Source of the DNA: Candidatus Kapaibacterium sp.
GTDB lineage: Bacteria; Bacteroidota; Ignavibacteria; Kapaibacteriales; JAEUSM01
Reading direction: 5' to 3'
DNA length: 28,407 nucleotides
Assembly: GCA_041689575.1 (NCBI GenBank)
Contig: JBDNFX010000036.1
Coordinates: 1 to 28,407 of the forward strand
A model generated the notes under the pieces. That model searched no databases, was not told the origin of the DNA, and saw nothing but the letters and a program-made list of their open reading frames with translations. Each line of letters opens with the position of its first letter. The first letter of the stretch is position 1. A program made the translations under genes and the position numbers. Below, piece after piece: positions 1 to 8,218 of this stretch.

Positions 1-2
1 AT

Positions 3-227
3 TGTTTAATTCTTAAATTTGTGAATAAAAGTTCTTCTGTAAAAAGCAAAGGAACATTCATAAATGTTTCTGAAAATATTGACCAATTTACTGAAGAAGA
101 AATCTTTCATAAAGCTTTAGCAATTACTACGCAGACATTTACAGAAAACCAACGAAACGAATTACTAAATATATTCAACGAAGCATTTGAACAGTTTCGC
201 AATATGGAAACAGAAAAGGAACTATGA
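3..227 (+). CDS. sbcD: 3' end of probable SbcD (Mre11-like nuclease subunit), truncated by the window edge
   Basis: Frame is open from position 3 (CLILKFVNK...EEEIFHKAL...ELLNIFNEAFEQ) and its stop overlaps the sbcC start (ATGA at 224-227). This position and the helical tail fit SbcD. The nuclease motifs lie outside the window. Confidence 0.6.
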   Translation, partial: CLILKFVNKSSSVKSKGTFINVSENIDQFTEEEIFHKALAITTQTFTENQRNELLNIFNEAFEQFRNMETEKEL

Positions 228-3200
228 AAATTTTACGCCTACGATTCAATAACATTGCTTCTTTGCGATCTAAAACTCCCTTTGAAATAGATTTCACAAA
301 AGCACCTTTGTACCAAAAAAGTCTTTTTCTCATTACAGGGAAAACCGGTGCTGGTAAATCGACTATTCTCGATGCAATTACCATTGCTTTGTATAATAAA
401 ACTTCAAGAACTTCTGATCCTAAAAATCTTTTTTCACTATTAGCCGTTGACGCTTTTATTGAAATTGAATATGAAGTTGGAGGAACTAAATATAGGAATA
501 ATTGGAAACTCTATAGAGCAATGAGACGAATTGATGGAGCTATTCAACCTATAGATTTAAGTATTTCTTATGTTGATACTAATGTAATTATTGCTTCAAG
601 TTTAAAAGATGTTCTTTCTAAAACTACAGAGATAATAGGATTAGATTTTGAACAATTTACTAAAACTATTATCTTACCGCAAGGAGAGTTTGCAAAATTT
701 TTGCACTCAAATGAAAAAGAAAAAATAGACCTATTTGAAAAAATTACAGACACAAAGAAATATAGAAACTTTTCAAAATTTGTATTCGAACGTTCAAAAG
801 ATGAAATTTCACAACTAAATAAAATTACTGATAATATTGGGAAATATACTCCATTAGCCAACGAAGAAGAAACTGCATTACAAGATTACATAAATGAACT
901 TCAAGAGAAAATCAATAGCAAACAAACATTAATTCTACAATGTCAATCTAAAATTCAAGTTTTAGAAAATATTGAAATCTTAGAAAGAAACATTTCTATT
1001 TTAAAAATTCAAAATAATGAGATTCTTTCTCAAGGAGGGGAAATTCTAAATTTAAAACGAAAACTTGATCTTTCTAAAAAAGCTAATCAAATACTAATTC
1101 TCATCCATCAATTAGAATCTAAAAAAGTACTTTTACAAAATTCTTTAGACGAGAAGAAATGTTTTGAAGAAAAAAAGACGCTTGAAGAAGAAACTAGAAA
1201 AGAACTTGAAAAAAAAGAATTTACAACTTCAACAGCGTTAAAAGAGTTACTTCTAACTCAAGAGCAACTCTCAATAGAATTGCATCCTTTTAACGCATTT
1301 GTAGAATTAATTTCTAATTTGGAAAAGGAAATTGGCAGAAACAATAGTGAAGTGAACACATTACAGAATCAGTTAAACGAAAAAAAGAATTTACAATCGG
1401 ATTTACAAGTAAAGATACTTTCAAACAGAACTAAAGAATCAGAACTTTTATTGTTTTTACAAAACAATTCATATTTAGAAGATGCTGATTACGATGCAAA
1501 AACCCTTTCTGATAAATATTCTTTACTCTTAAAACAAGAAAAAACTATTCAGGAATATACTACTAAAATTTCTACGTATTTAAATGACATTTCTTCTTTA
1601 GATAAAGAGATTGAATCTCTTCAAGGAAATTTAGATTTGAATGTTCAGTCATTAACAAAGGATTCAGCTTTTTCTAATAACGATCAATACCCAACGGAAC
1701 AGTTATTGGAATTGTCGCAAAATCTTACTAATTCATTGGAGCTACAAAAGAAACTATCTATAGATGATACACTTTTAAACGAAAATAATTCAAACTATAA
1801 AGTTTCTAAAGAAAATTTTGAGAAACATTCTTCCGAACGTATAACAGTAAAAGATCAACTTTCAAAAGTAACTATCGAGATACAAAGAATAGAATTTCAA
1901 CTCCAGATGGAATTTTTCAGAATCCAAGTTCAGGATGGAGAACCGTGTCCTTTGTGTGGTTCAGAACATCATTCATTAGAACATTTTAATGAAACAATTT
2001 CTACTTCATCTTTAGAACAAACATTATCGAATTTACAAATTGACAAGGACAACAAAATTTCTTTTCAAAGCACAATTGAACAAAATTATTATTATGAACA
2101 ACAAAAACAAATTGACTTACAACATATAATTAAAACTTCTGAACAAGACCGTAGAGAACTAACTTCAAAAATTGAGAAGTTGTATATAAATGCATCAAAA
2201 TTTGTAGAAGACATTTCTCTAAAGAATATTGAATCAATTTTATTTTCTATAGACGCTGAGATTTCAAACAGGAATGATAGGAAAATTATTGATGTAAAAA
2301 TAGCGTCTTTACATTTGAGTTTAAAGGACAAGTCAGATAGAAAGCTTGAACGACAAAATCAACTTTTAGATTTCAAAGAACAAAAAAAATCACTTTCTAC
2401 GGATTTAGAAAACACTCGTGAATCAATTGTAACAATAGTAGCTAAGTATAAACAAGAAACCGTCAATGTAGAATCAACAATTATAGAAAATCTAAAAAAG
2501 TTTTATTTAGAATACTCTCAAACGAAAACGAAAATTCAAGATATTAAAAATTTGCTACATTTAGATTCCGAAAGAGTATCCAACCTAACAAATGAACTCT
2601 TGAAGTTATCCGATGAATCCGAAAAAAGAACTGTTGTACTTTCTACAAATTCTGAAGAATTGAAGAAAAAACAAGAGGATAAATTTTCGCTTTTTGCAGA
2701 AAGAGATGTACAAAAAGATTTATCTATTTGCACTGAAAGAGTACAATCGACAAGAGATTCTTTAGAAAATATTCAGAAAGATTGTTCAACACAAAACAAC
2801 GTTATTGTTTCATTAGATACTGAAATTCAAAAACTTATTACCAGTATCGTAGTCCATTATATTCCTGATGTTAGTAGTATAGAATCGTCAATTGAAAAAC
2901 TATCCAAAGAATATAATTTTTCATCAGAAAATGAAATCAAGGAACTCGCGCTTCCAAATGAAGAGGAAACGAAGTTCGAAATGGATGTAAAAGTATATTT
3001 TGATCAAAGTTCAAAAATTTCTTTTCAACTAAATGAAAAAGAAGGGGAATTACAGAATTTAACAAAAAGTAAACCTATCGAACTAATTGTAGATTTAAAA
3101 ATTGATATTAAAAATACTGAAGAAAAAAGGAACTCACTTTTAGAGGAAATAGGTGTAAAGAAAAGTGAACTTGAAAATAACAACCAACTGAAAATTCAAT

Positions 3201-3769
3201 ATAATACTTTCAAAGGAGAATACGAAAAACAGAATGCTATTTGTACAAAATGGGGTTTGTTAAATTCATTTATAGGTTCAGCGGATGGTTCGAAGTATCA
3301 GAAAATCGTTCAACAAATAACACTTGCAAAATTGTTAGAATACACTAATATTCAACTCCAAGAATTTAACAATAGATATACTTTACAAATGAATTCTGAT
3401 ATTTCAGAAAGCGGTAAAAATGCTTTAAATCTCTTTATTATTGACAACGATAATAATCATAAAGTACGACCCGTTTCTACATTATCAGGAGGGGAAACAT
3501 TCTTGGTGTCATTGTCTATGGCATTAGGAATTGCTGCAATGATATCAACAAAGAACGATATTGAAACATTATTTCTCGATGAAGGTTTCGGTACTTTAGA
3601 CCAGATTACATTAGAAATAGTTATGGAGTCATTGGATAATTTACAACAAAAAGGTAGAAAAATCGGCATTATCTCGCACGTAGAACTTCTAAAAGAAAGA
3701 ATTTCTACACAAATTCTTGTAATTGCCAATGGGAATGGCACTTCAGAAATCGAAATAAAGGAACAGTAA
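224..3769 (+). CDS. sbcC: SbcC / Rad50-like SMC-family ATPase
   Basis: Walker A GKTGAGKST, Q-loop ILPQGEF, long coiled coil with central zinc hook CPLCG, signature LSGGE, Walker B LFLDEGFG, H-loop IISH. Confidence 0.95.
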   Translation: MKILRLRFNNIASLRSKTPFEIDFTKAPLYQKSLFLITGKTGAGKSTILDAITIALYNKTSRTSDPKNLFSLLAVDAFIEIEYEVGGTKYRNNWKLYRAMRRIDGAIQPIDLSISYVDTNVIIASSLKDVLSKTTEIIGLDFEQFTKTIILPQGEFAKFLHSNEKEKIDLFEKITDTKKYRNFSKFVFERSKDEISQLNKITDNIGKYTPLANEEETALQDYINELQEKINSKQTLILQCQSKIQVLENIEILERNISILKIQNNEILSQGGEILNLKRKLDLSKKANQILILIHQLESKKVLLQNSLDEKKCFEEKKTLEEETRKELEKKEFTTSTALKELLLTQEQLSIELHPFNAFVELISNLEKEIGRNNSEVNTLQNQLNEKKNLQSDLQVKILSNRTKESELLLFLQNNSYLEDADYDAKTLSDKYSLLLKQEKTIQEYTTKISTYLNDISSLDKEIESLQGNLDLNVQSLTKDSAFSNNDQYPTEQLLELSQNLTNSLELQKKLSIDDTLLNENNSNYKVSKENFEKHSSERITVKDQLSKVTIEIQRIEFQLQMEFFRIQVQDGEPCPLCGSEHHSLEHFNETISTSSLEQTLSNLQIDKDNKISFQSTIEQNYYYEQQKQIDLQHIIKTSEQDRRELTSKIEKLYINASKFVEDISLKNIESILFSIDAEISNRNDRKIIDVKIASLHLSLKDKSDRKLERQNQLLDFKEQKKSLSTDLENTRESIVTIVAKYKQETVNVESTIIENLKKFYLEYSQTKTKIQDIKNLLHLDSERVSNLTNELLKLSDESEKRTVVLSTNSEELKKKQEDKFSLFAERDVQKDLSICTERVQSTRDSLENIQKDCSTQNNVIVSLDTEIQKLITSIVVHYIPDVSSIESSIEKLSKEYNFSSENEIKELALPNEEETKFEMDVKVYFDQSSKISFQLNEKEGELQNLTKSKPIELIVDLKIDIKNTEEKRNSLLEEIGVKKSELENNNQLKIQYNTFKGEYEKQNAICTKWGLLNSFIGSADGSKYQKIVQQITLAKLLEYTNIQLQEFNNRYTLQMNSDISESGKNALNLFIIDNDNNHKVRPVSTLSGGETFLVSLSMALGIAAMISTKNDIETLFLDEGFGTLDQITLEIVMESLDNLQQKGRKIGIISHVELLKERISTQILVIANGNGTSEIEIKEQ

Positions 3770-3795
3770 CATACAGATTTATACCTATTTTCTAA

Positions 3796-4281
3796 ATGAA
3801 AAATATTCAAACGTTAATTCTTAAATATTCAAAAGGTGAAATAGACCTATTGACTGTTAACCATGCTATCTGCCAAAAAATATGTGAACAATTACAGGTT
3901 ACCAGAGCGAGTATCTGGAATTTTGAAAACAATAACCATTCTGTCAAATGTGTTAGTCTTTACGATTCAAGAACTAATGAATTTAGTGAAAATGCCATAA
4001 TTACAGATTCAGATGTTCCATCGTATTTCAATTCAATACTTCGTGACGGTTATATTGTTGCCACAGATGCACGAAACAACAACAGTACTTCAATTTTAAG
4101 TGATTCATACTTTGTTCCCTTAGATATTTTTTCTCTATTAGATCACGTAGTTTTACACAACAAACAAATTGTTGCTATACTTTGTTGCGAACATTGTGGT
4201 TCGATACGTCAATGGACACCAAACGACGAAAGTTTCTTACGAACAATGTCAGCCTTAGTTTCCTTGTTATATAAGTTTTAA
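3796..4281 (+). CDS. Stand-alone GAF-domain protein
   Basis: 161 aa with GAF-like pattern RASIW...SLLD...ILCCEHCGSIRQWTPNDESF. Starts 26 nt after the sbcC stop, same strand. Confidence 0.75.
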   Translation: MKNIQTLILKYSKGEIDLLTVNHAICQKICEQLQVTRASIWNFENNNHSVKCVSLYDSRTNEFSENAIITDSDVPSYFNSILRDGYIVATDARNNNSTSILSDSYFVPLDIFSLLDHVVLHNKQIVAILCCEHCGSIRQWTPNDESFLRTMSALVSLLYKF

Positions 4282-4308
4282 CTATACAAAACATCATTAA
4301 CATTCAAT

Positions 4309-4470
4309 TGTTTAAACACCTACATTAGGCGTCTAAACATCAAACGAAAACTCCCTCGCTCCTTTGGGGAGAGGGGAAATTCCAAACAAAAACTCTATGA
4401 CGCCCAAATTGGGTGTCATAGAGTTTGAATAAAAATTATCTTCTTTTTGACGATTCATTGTTGTCAAAAA
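4309..4470. repeat. Cluster of four inverted repeats in a convergent intergenic region
   Basis: H1 4309-4339 (14-bp stem, 2 mismatches); H2 about 4352-4376 (GC-rich ccctcgctcc-ttt-ggggagaggg); H3 4390-4426 (18-bp stem, 1 mismatch, 1-nt spacer); H4 4444-4470 (tttttgacga/ttgtcaaaaa). Confidence 0.8.
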
Positions 4471-4496
4471 TAAAAAAAGCCCTCGAAAGAGGGCTT
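4471..4496 (-). terminator. Intrinsic terminator downstream of pyrH
   Basis: aagccctc-gaaa-gagggctt stem at 4477-4496; the A-run on + gives a U-tract on the minus transcript. It sits 3 nt after the pyrH stop. Confidence 0.85.
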
Positions 4497-4499
4497 CAA

Positions 4500-5225
4500 T
4501 TATTTCAATGTTCCAACGACGGTGGCGATTGAAGTATCACCAAGTATGAGCTTTTTAAGATTTCCTTCTACGTTCATATTGAAAACCAGAATTGGTAAAC
4601 CATTTTCTCTACATAATGTCATAGCAGTAAAATCCATAACAGAAAGTTTGTGTTCAATAACGTGATCGAAGGAAACAGTTTCAAAACGTTTTGCAGTTGG
4701 TACTTTTTTAGGATCTGCATCATAGACACCATCTACTTTTGTACCTTTAATCACAACTTCTGATTCTATTTCGATTGCTCTTAGAACCGCGGTTGTGTCT
4801 GTTGTAAAATATGGGTTACCTGTTCCAGCACCAAAAATAACAACTCTATTTTTTTCTAAATGTCTCATAGCACGTCTGCGAATATAAGGTTCAGCAATTT
4901 GAGCCATAGCAATAGAAGTCTGTAAACGAGTAGGAATACCTTGCTGTTCTAAAGCATTTTGAAGTGCAATGGCGTTTATAACAGTAGCTAACATTCCCAT
5001 ATAATCACCAGATACTTTGTCGATGCCTTGAGCTGCAGCTTGGTCGCCACGAATAATATTTCCACCTCCAATAACGAGTCCAATTTGAACTCCAATTGAA
5101 TGAATTTCAGCTATTTCACGAGCAAAAGTAGTAAGGACTTTTGAATCGATGCCATAATTTTGATCGCCCATTAAGGCTTCACCGCTTAACTTTAAGAGTA
5201 TTCTTTTAAAACGAGGTAGTTGCAT
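4500..5225 (-). CDS. pyrH: UMP kinase
   Basis: [57 protein letters not shown] motifs. The ATG at 5225 (MQLPRFKR) is preferred over the TTG at 5252. Confidence 0.97.
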   Translation of the reverse strand: MQLPRFKRILLKLSGEALMGDQNYGIDSKVLTTFAREIAEIHSIGVQIGLVIGGGNIIRGDQAAAQGIDKVSGDYMGMLATVINAIALQNALEQQGIPTRLQTSIAMAQIAEPYIRRRAMRHLEKNRVVIFGAGTGNPYFTTDTTAVLRAIEIESEVVIKGTKVDGVYDADPKKVPTAKRFETVSFDHVIEHKLSVMDFTAMTLCRENGLPILVFNMNVEGNLKKLILGDTSIATVVGTLK

Positions 5226-5258
5226 ACGTGGTAATTGTATAATAAGTGGCAAAGAGAT

Positions 5259-5291
5259 AAAAAAAAAGGTAACCTAAATTGGTTACCTTTT
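5259..5291 (-). terminator. Intrinsic terminator-like hairpin between tsf and pyrH
   Basis: Perfect 11-bp stem aaaaggtaacc-taaatt-ggttacctttt; a U-run follows it on the minus strand. Confidence 0.7.
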
Positions 5292-5299
5292 AATGTTGA

Positions 5300-6162
5300 T
5301 TACGAAATAAGTTCGCCTAAGGCAAATCGTTTAAAGGATGTAATTGTTACAGTGTTTCCTGCATCAGCAGCAATTTGTCCAACAACATCTTTGACAGTTA
5401 ACTTCGTATCTTTAACAAATGCTTGTTCTAGTAAACAATTTTCTTGATAGAATTTATTTAATTGACCTTGAGCAATTTTTTCAGCAATTTCAGGAGATTT
5501 ACCATCTGCAAGTGCTTTATCTTTGTAAATTTCAATTTCTTTTTCAAGAATTGTTGTATCAACACTTTCTCTATTTACAGCAATAGGACGCATCGCAGCA
5601 ATTTGCATAGCAATATCGCGTGCAAGTACTTTACCATTTTCAGATATTGGTTGGTTAAATTCAACCAAAACAGCTAATTTATTACCGGGATGAATGTAAG
5701 AAGCTATATAACCTGAAGGTTGAGAAAGAACTGAAAAACGACGTAATTCTATTTTTTCAGAAAACTTTGAAAGGATTTCATCACGAAGATTCGCTAATGT
5801 TTTGTCTCCGATAGAAGTATTCCATACTTTTTCTTCTTCACTAGTTTTTGAAGAAAGAACAGTTGAAGCAATAGATTCAACAAATTGAACAAATTCATTG
5901 TTACGAGCAACAAAATCAGTTTCGCAATTTACTTCGATAATTGCAGCATCAGTATAATCAGAGAAGACATGGCAACTACTATTCCTTCGTTAGCGCTTCT
6001 GTCTGCACGTTTTTCAACGGAAGCAGCACCACGTTTACGAAGAAATTCAATAGCACCTTCCATTGTTCCATCAGAATTTTCTAGAGCTTTTTTGCATTCT
6101 GCCATACCGGCACCAGTTCGTTCGCGTAAGTCTTTTACCATTTGTGGCGTTATCGTAGCCAT
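5300..6162 (-). CDS. tsf: Elongation factor Ts, split by an apparent frameshift near 5960-5964
   Basis: The N-part [27 protein letters not shown]...EGIVVAMSS continues in another frame as [23 protein letters not shown]...YIHPGNKL...[10 protein letters not shown]...[16 protein letters not shown]...FKRFALGE. The span is 863 nt, not a multiple of 3. Confidence 0.93.
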
Positions 6163-6213
6163 AGTAATATCCGTACCTTTATTTTTTGGTTTTATAAATA
6201 TCTAAATTAAAAA

Positions 6214-7035
6214 TTATCCGTTATCTTGTCCACCTTGACGGCCAGTGTTTCCACCACCCGGACGGCGTTCACGGAATTTACGTTTTGGTTGACGATCTTC
6301 ATCCGACATTTCTTTGTCTGCAGGAGGAATCTCAATTTGACGAGTTTTAGCAATTTCATTGCCTTCTAAAACTGCATCAGCAATGATAGATGTAATTAAC
6401 TCAATTGATTTTATTGAATCGTCATTTGCCGGGATTGGGTAATCTACCAATGTTGGATCGCAATTAGTATCAACAATACCAATAACTGGAATACCTAAAG
6501 AACGAGCTTCGTTAATTGCAATGTGTTCTTTTTTAATATCAATAACAAAAAGAACAGACGGCAGACGACGCATTTCTTCAATACCACCAAATACACGGCG
6601 AAGTTTTTCTCTTTCGCGTGTTAACATTAAACGTTCTTTTTTGTTTACTTTTTCAAACGTACCATCGTTTTGCATTTTATCGATTGTCGTTAAACGTTTG
6701 ATAGATTTTCGGATAGTAGGGAAGTTGGTTAACATCCCACCAAGCCAACGGTCGGCAACATAGTGAGTGTTACAACGGAGTGCTTGGATTTTAACAACTT
6801 CTTTTGCTTGGCTTTTAGTACCAACAAATAAGATCGACTTTCCTTCAGAAGAAAATTCGTAGGCTGCTTCACGAGCAACGTTTACGAGGGTCTGAGTTTT
6901 ACGAAGGTCGATAATATGGATTCCGCTTCTTTCAGTAAAGATGAAGGGATTCATTTTCGGGTTCCAACGACGAGTCAAATGTCCAAAATGTGAACCTGAC
7001 TCAAGTAACCCTTCAATTTCAACGTAGTTTTTCAT
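6214..7035 (-). CDS. rpsB: 30S ribosomal protein S2
   Basis: GSHFGHLTRRWNPKM, LFVGTK, RWLGGMLTNF, DTNCDP, PIPANDD motifs; charged, Gly-rich C-terminal tail. Confidence 0.98.
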   Translation of the reverse strand: MKNYVEIEGLLESGSHFGHLTRRWNPKMNPFIFTERSGIHIIDLRKTQTLVNVAREAAYEFSSEGKSILFVGTKSQAKEVVKIQALRCNTHYVADRWLGGMLTNFPTIRKSIKRLTTIDKMQNDGTFEKVNKKERLMLTREREKLRRVFGGIEEMRRLPSVLFVIDIKKEHIAINEARSLGIPVIGIVDTNCDPTLVDYPIPANDDSIKSIELITSIIADAVLEGNEIAKTRQIEIPPADKEMSDEDRQPKRKFRERRPGGGNTGRQGGQDNG

Positions 7036-7142
7036 TAGAAATATATAATTTGTGTTGTAAGCTACTGCGTACTTCTAACAATTGCGAACTTTAAAAAAAG
7101 CCACACACAAAAGAATCCGTACACATGATTAATTTAAGTGAG

Positions 7143-7181
7143 TTCACCCCAAGTTCGAAAAAGATGAACAATTGGGGTGAA
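7143..7181 (-). promoter_or_regulatory. Stem-loop in the rpsI-rpsB spacer, possibly an rpsB leader element
   Basis: 10-bp perfect stem ttcaccccaa/ttggggtgaa plus an inner gttc/gaac helix. No U-tract follows on the minus strand. Confidence 0.45.
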
Positions 7182-7196
7182 AGTGCGATATTCCGA

Positions 7197-7580
7197 TTAA
7201 CGTTTTGAGAATTGGAAGCGTTTACGAGCTTTTTTCAAGCCGTATTTTTTACGCTCAACCATTCTTGGATCACGTGTAAGGGAATCGAACTTCCGTAACA
7301 CAATGCGAAACTCTTCGTTGTATTCAACTAATGCACGAGCGATGCCTAATTTCACAGCGCCGCCTTGACCAGTTTTTCCTCCACCTTTAACGGTGATAAA
7401 TACGTCAAATTGTCCCGTAGTGTTCGTAACCGTAAACGGTAAAAAAGCATCGTTGCGAGTAGTTTCAACAGGGAAATATTCTTCAAGAGTTCTTTTGTTA
7501 ATAAGAACTTTGCCTGTCCCTTGTGTTAGTCGTACTTGAGCAACAGCTGTTTTACGTCTTCCTGTACCAGTATTTGCCAT
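7197..7580 (-). CDS. rpsI: 30S ribosomal protein S9
   Basis: GTGRRKTAVA, VKGGGKTGQ, LTRDPRMVERKKYGLKKARKRFQFSKR. Confidence 0.98.
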   Translation of the reverse strand: MANTGTGRRKTAVAQVRLTQGTGKVLINKRTLEEYFPVETTRNDAFLPFTVTNTTGQFDVFITVKGGGKTGQGGAVKLGIARALVEYNEEFRIVLRKFDSLTRDPRMVERKKYGLKKARKRFQFSKR

Positions 7581-7605
7581 TGGGATTGTAAATCAGTGAG
7601 AAAAA

Positions 7606-8055
7606 TTAATATTTAAGAGTAAAATCTTGAGGAGATTGAGCTTCATGCGGATGTGCATCTCCACGGTACACTTTCAGTTTCTTTACCATTGCTTTACCAA
7701 GTCTGCTTTTTGGAAGCATTCCTTTTACGGCGTGTTCAATGACAAAATCGGGTTTGCGTTGTACGAGATCGGTAAACGTTTGGATTCTTCCACCACCTGG
7801 GTAACCAGTGTAATGAAAATACTGCTTCATTTCGGTTCTTTTTCCGGTCAATTGAATCTTTTCAGCATTCAATACAATAACAAAGTCGCCACAATCTACA
7901 TGAGGTGTGTACAGTGCTTTGTGTTTGCCACGGATAAGTGTCGCTACTTGTGATGCAAGTCTCCCTAACGTCTGTCCTTCAGCGTTAACGACCCACCAAT
8001 TTCTAGGGACATCTTCATCGCGAATTGATCGCGTGATTTTAGTTGATGGTTTCAC
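7606..8055 (-). CDS. rplM: 50S ribosomal protein L13
   Basis: WWVVNAEGQTLGRLAS, GKHKALYTPHVDCGD, HYTGYPGG, AVKGMLPK, HPHEAQ motifs; GTG start. Confidence 0.98.
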   Translation of the reverse strand: MKPSTKITRSIRDEDVPRNWWVVNAEGQTLGRLASQVATLIRGKHKALYTPHVDCGDFVIVLNAEKIQLTGKRTEMKQYFHYTGYPGGGRIQTFTDLVQRKPDFVIEHAVKGMLPKSRLGKAMVKKLKVYRGDAHPHEAQSPQDFTLKY

Positions 8056-8105
8056 AGGTCTTCTCTAAAGTATAAGTTATTAAAATGAGATTTTCGTAAA
8101 GACCG

Positions 8106-8115
8106 CAAATATACG
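8106..8115 (-). promoter_or_regulatory. Putative Bacteroidota-type housekeeping promoter (-7 TAnnTTTG) for the rplM operon
   Basis: Minus strand reads cgTATATTTG about 50 nt upstream of rplM, with a TTG 20 nt further upstream. Confidence 0.65.
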
Positions 8116-8176
8116 AAAAACTTCTCAATTGACCAACTTTTTCAAACCTTTCTTTATTAAAACGGCAATAATTCTG

Positions 8177-8184
8177 TATTTTTG
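8177..8184 (+). promoter_or_regulatory. Putative -7 TAnnTTTG promoter element for the cca operon
   Basis: TATTTTTG located 34 nt upstream of the cca ATG, divergent from the rplM promoter. Confidence 0.45.
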
Positions 8185-8218
8185 TCTTTATTCTTTCATA
8201 TTCCCTTTCTGTTTTTGA

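Noticed and set aside
14-21. TAAATTTG promoter-like motif inside the sbcD 3' end
   Set aside because: It is intragenic, lacks the CG prefix of the intergenic copies and is expected by chance in AT-rich DNA; sbcC is coupled to sbcD.
850-3250. Low-complexity Lys/Glu/Leu-rich stretch as a repeat protein
   Set aside because: Explained by the SbcC coiled-coil arms flanking the CPLCG hook; no nucleotide tandem repeat was seen.
4309-4426. Hairpins as integron attC sites
   Set aside because: No clear RYYYAAC...GTTRRRY boundaries, no cassette-like ORF-attC periodicity and no integrase in the window.
5226-5252. TTG-start N-terminal extension of pyrH (MPLIIQLPR before MQLPR), with a QLPR duplication
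   Set aside because: The ATG at 5225 gives a normal-length PyrH. The 12-nt imperfect duplication is too short to be meaningful.
5300-5668. 122-aa ORF as a separate gene
   Set aside because: It is the C-terminal part of EF-Ts; the frame is open and EF-Ts-like upstream to about 5959.
5885-6205. 106-aa plus-strand ORF, and similar shadow ORFs (e.g. 568-861, 3457-3810, 7627-7953, 19338-19724, 25700-26074, 28184-28366)
   Set aside because: They lie antisense or off-frame within well-supported genes and show no recognisable motifs.
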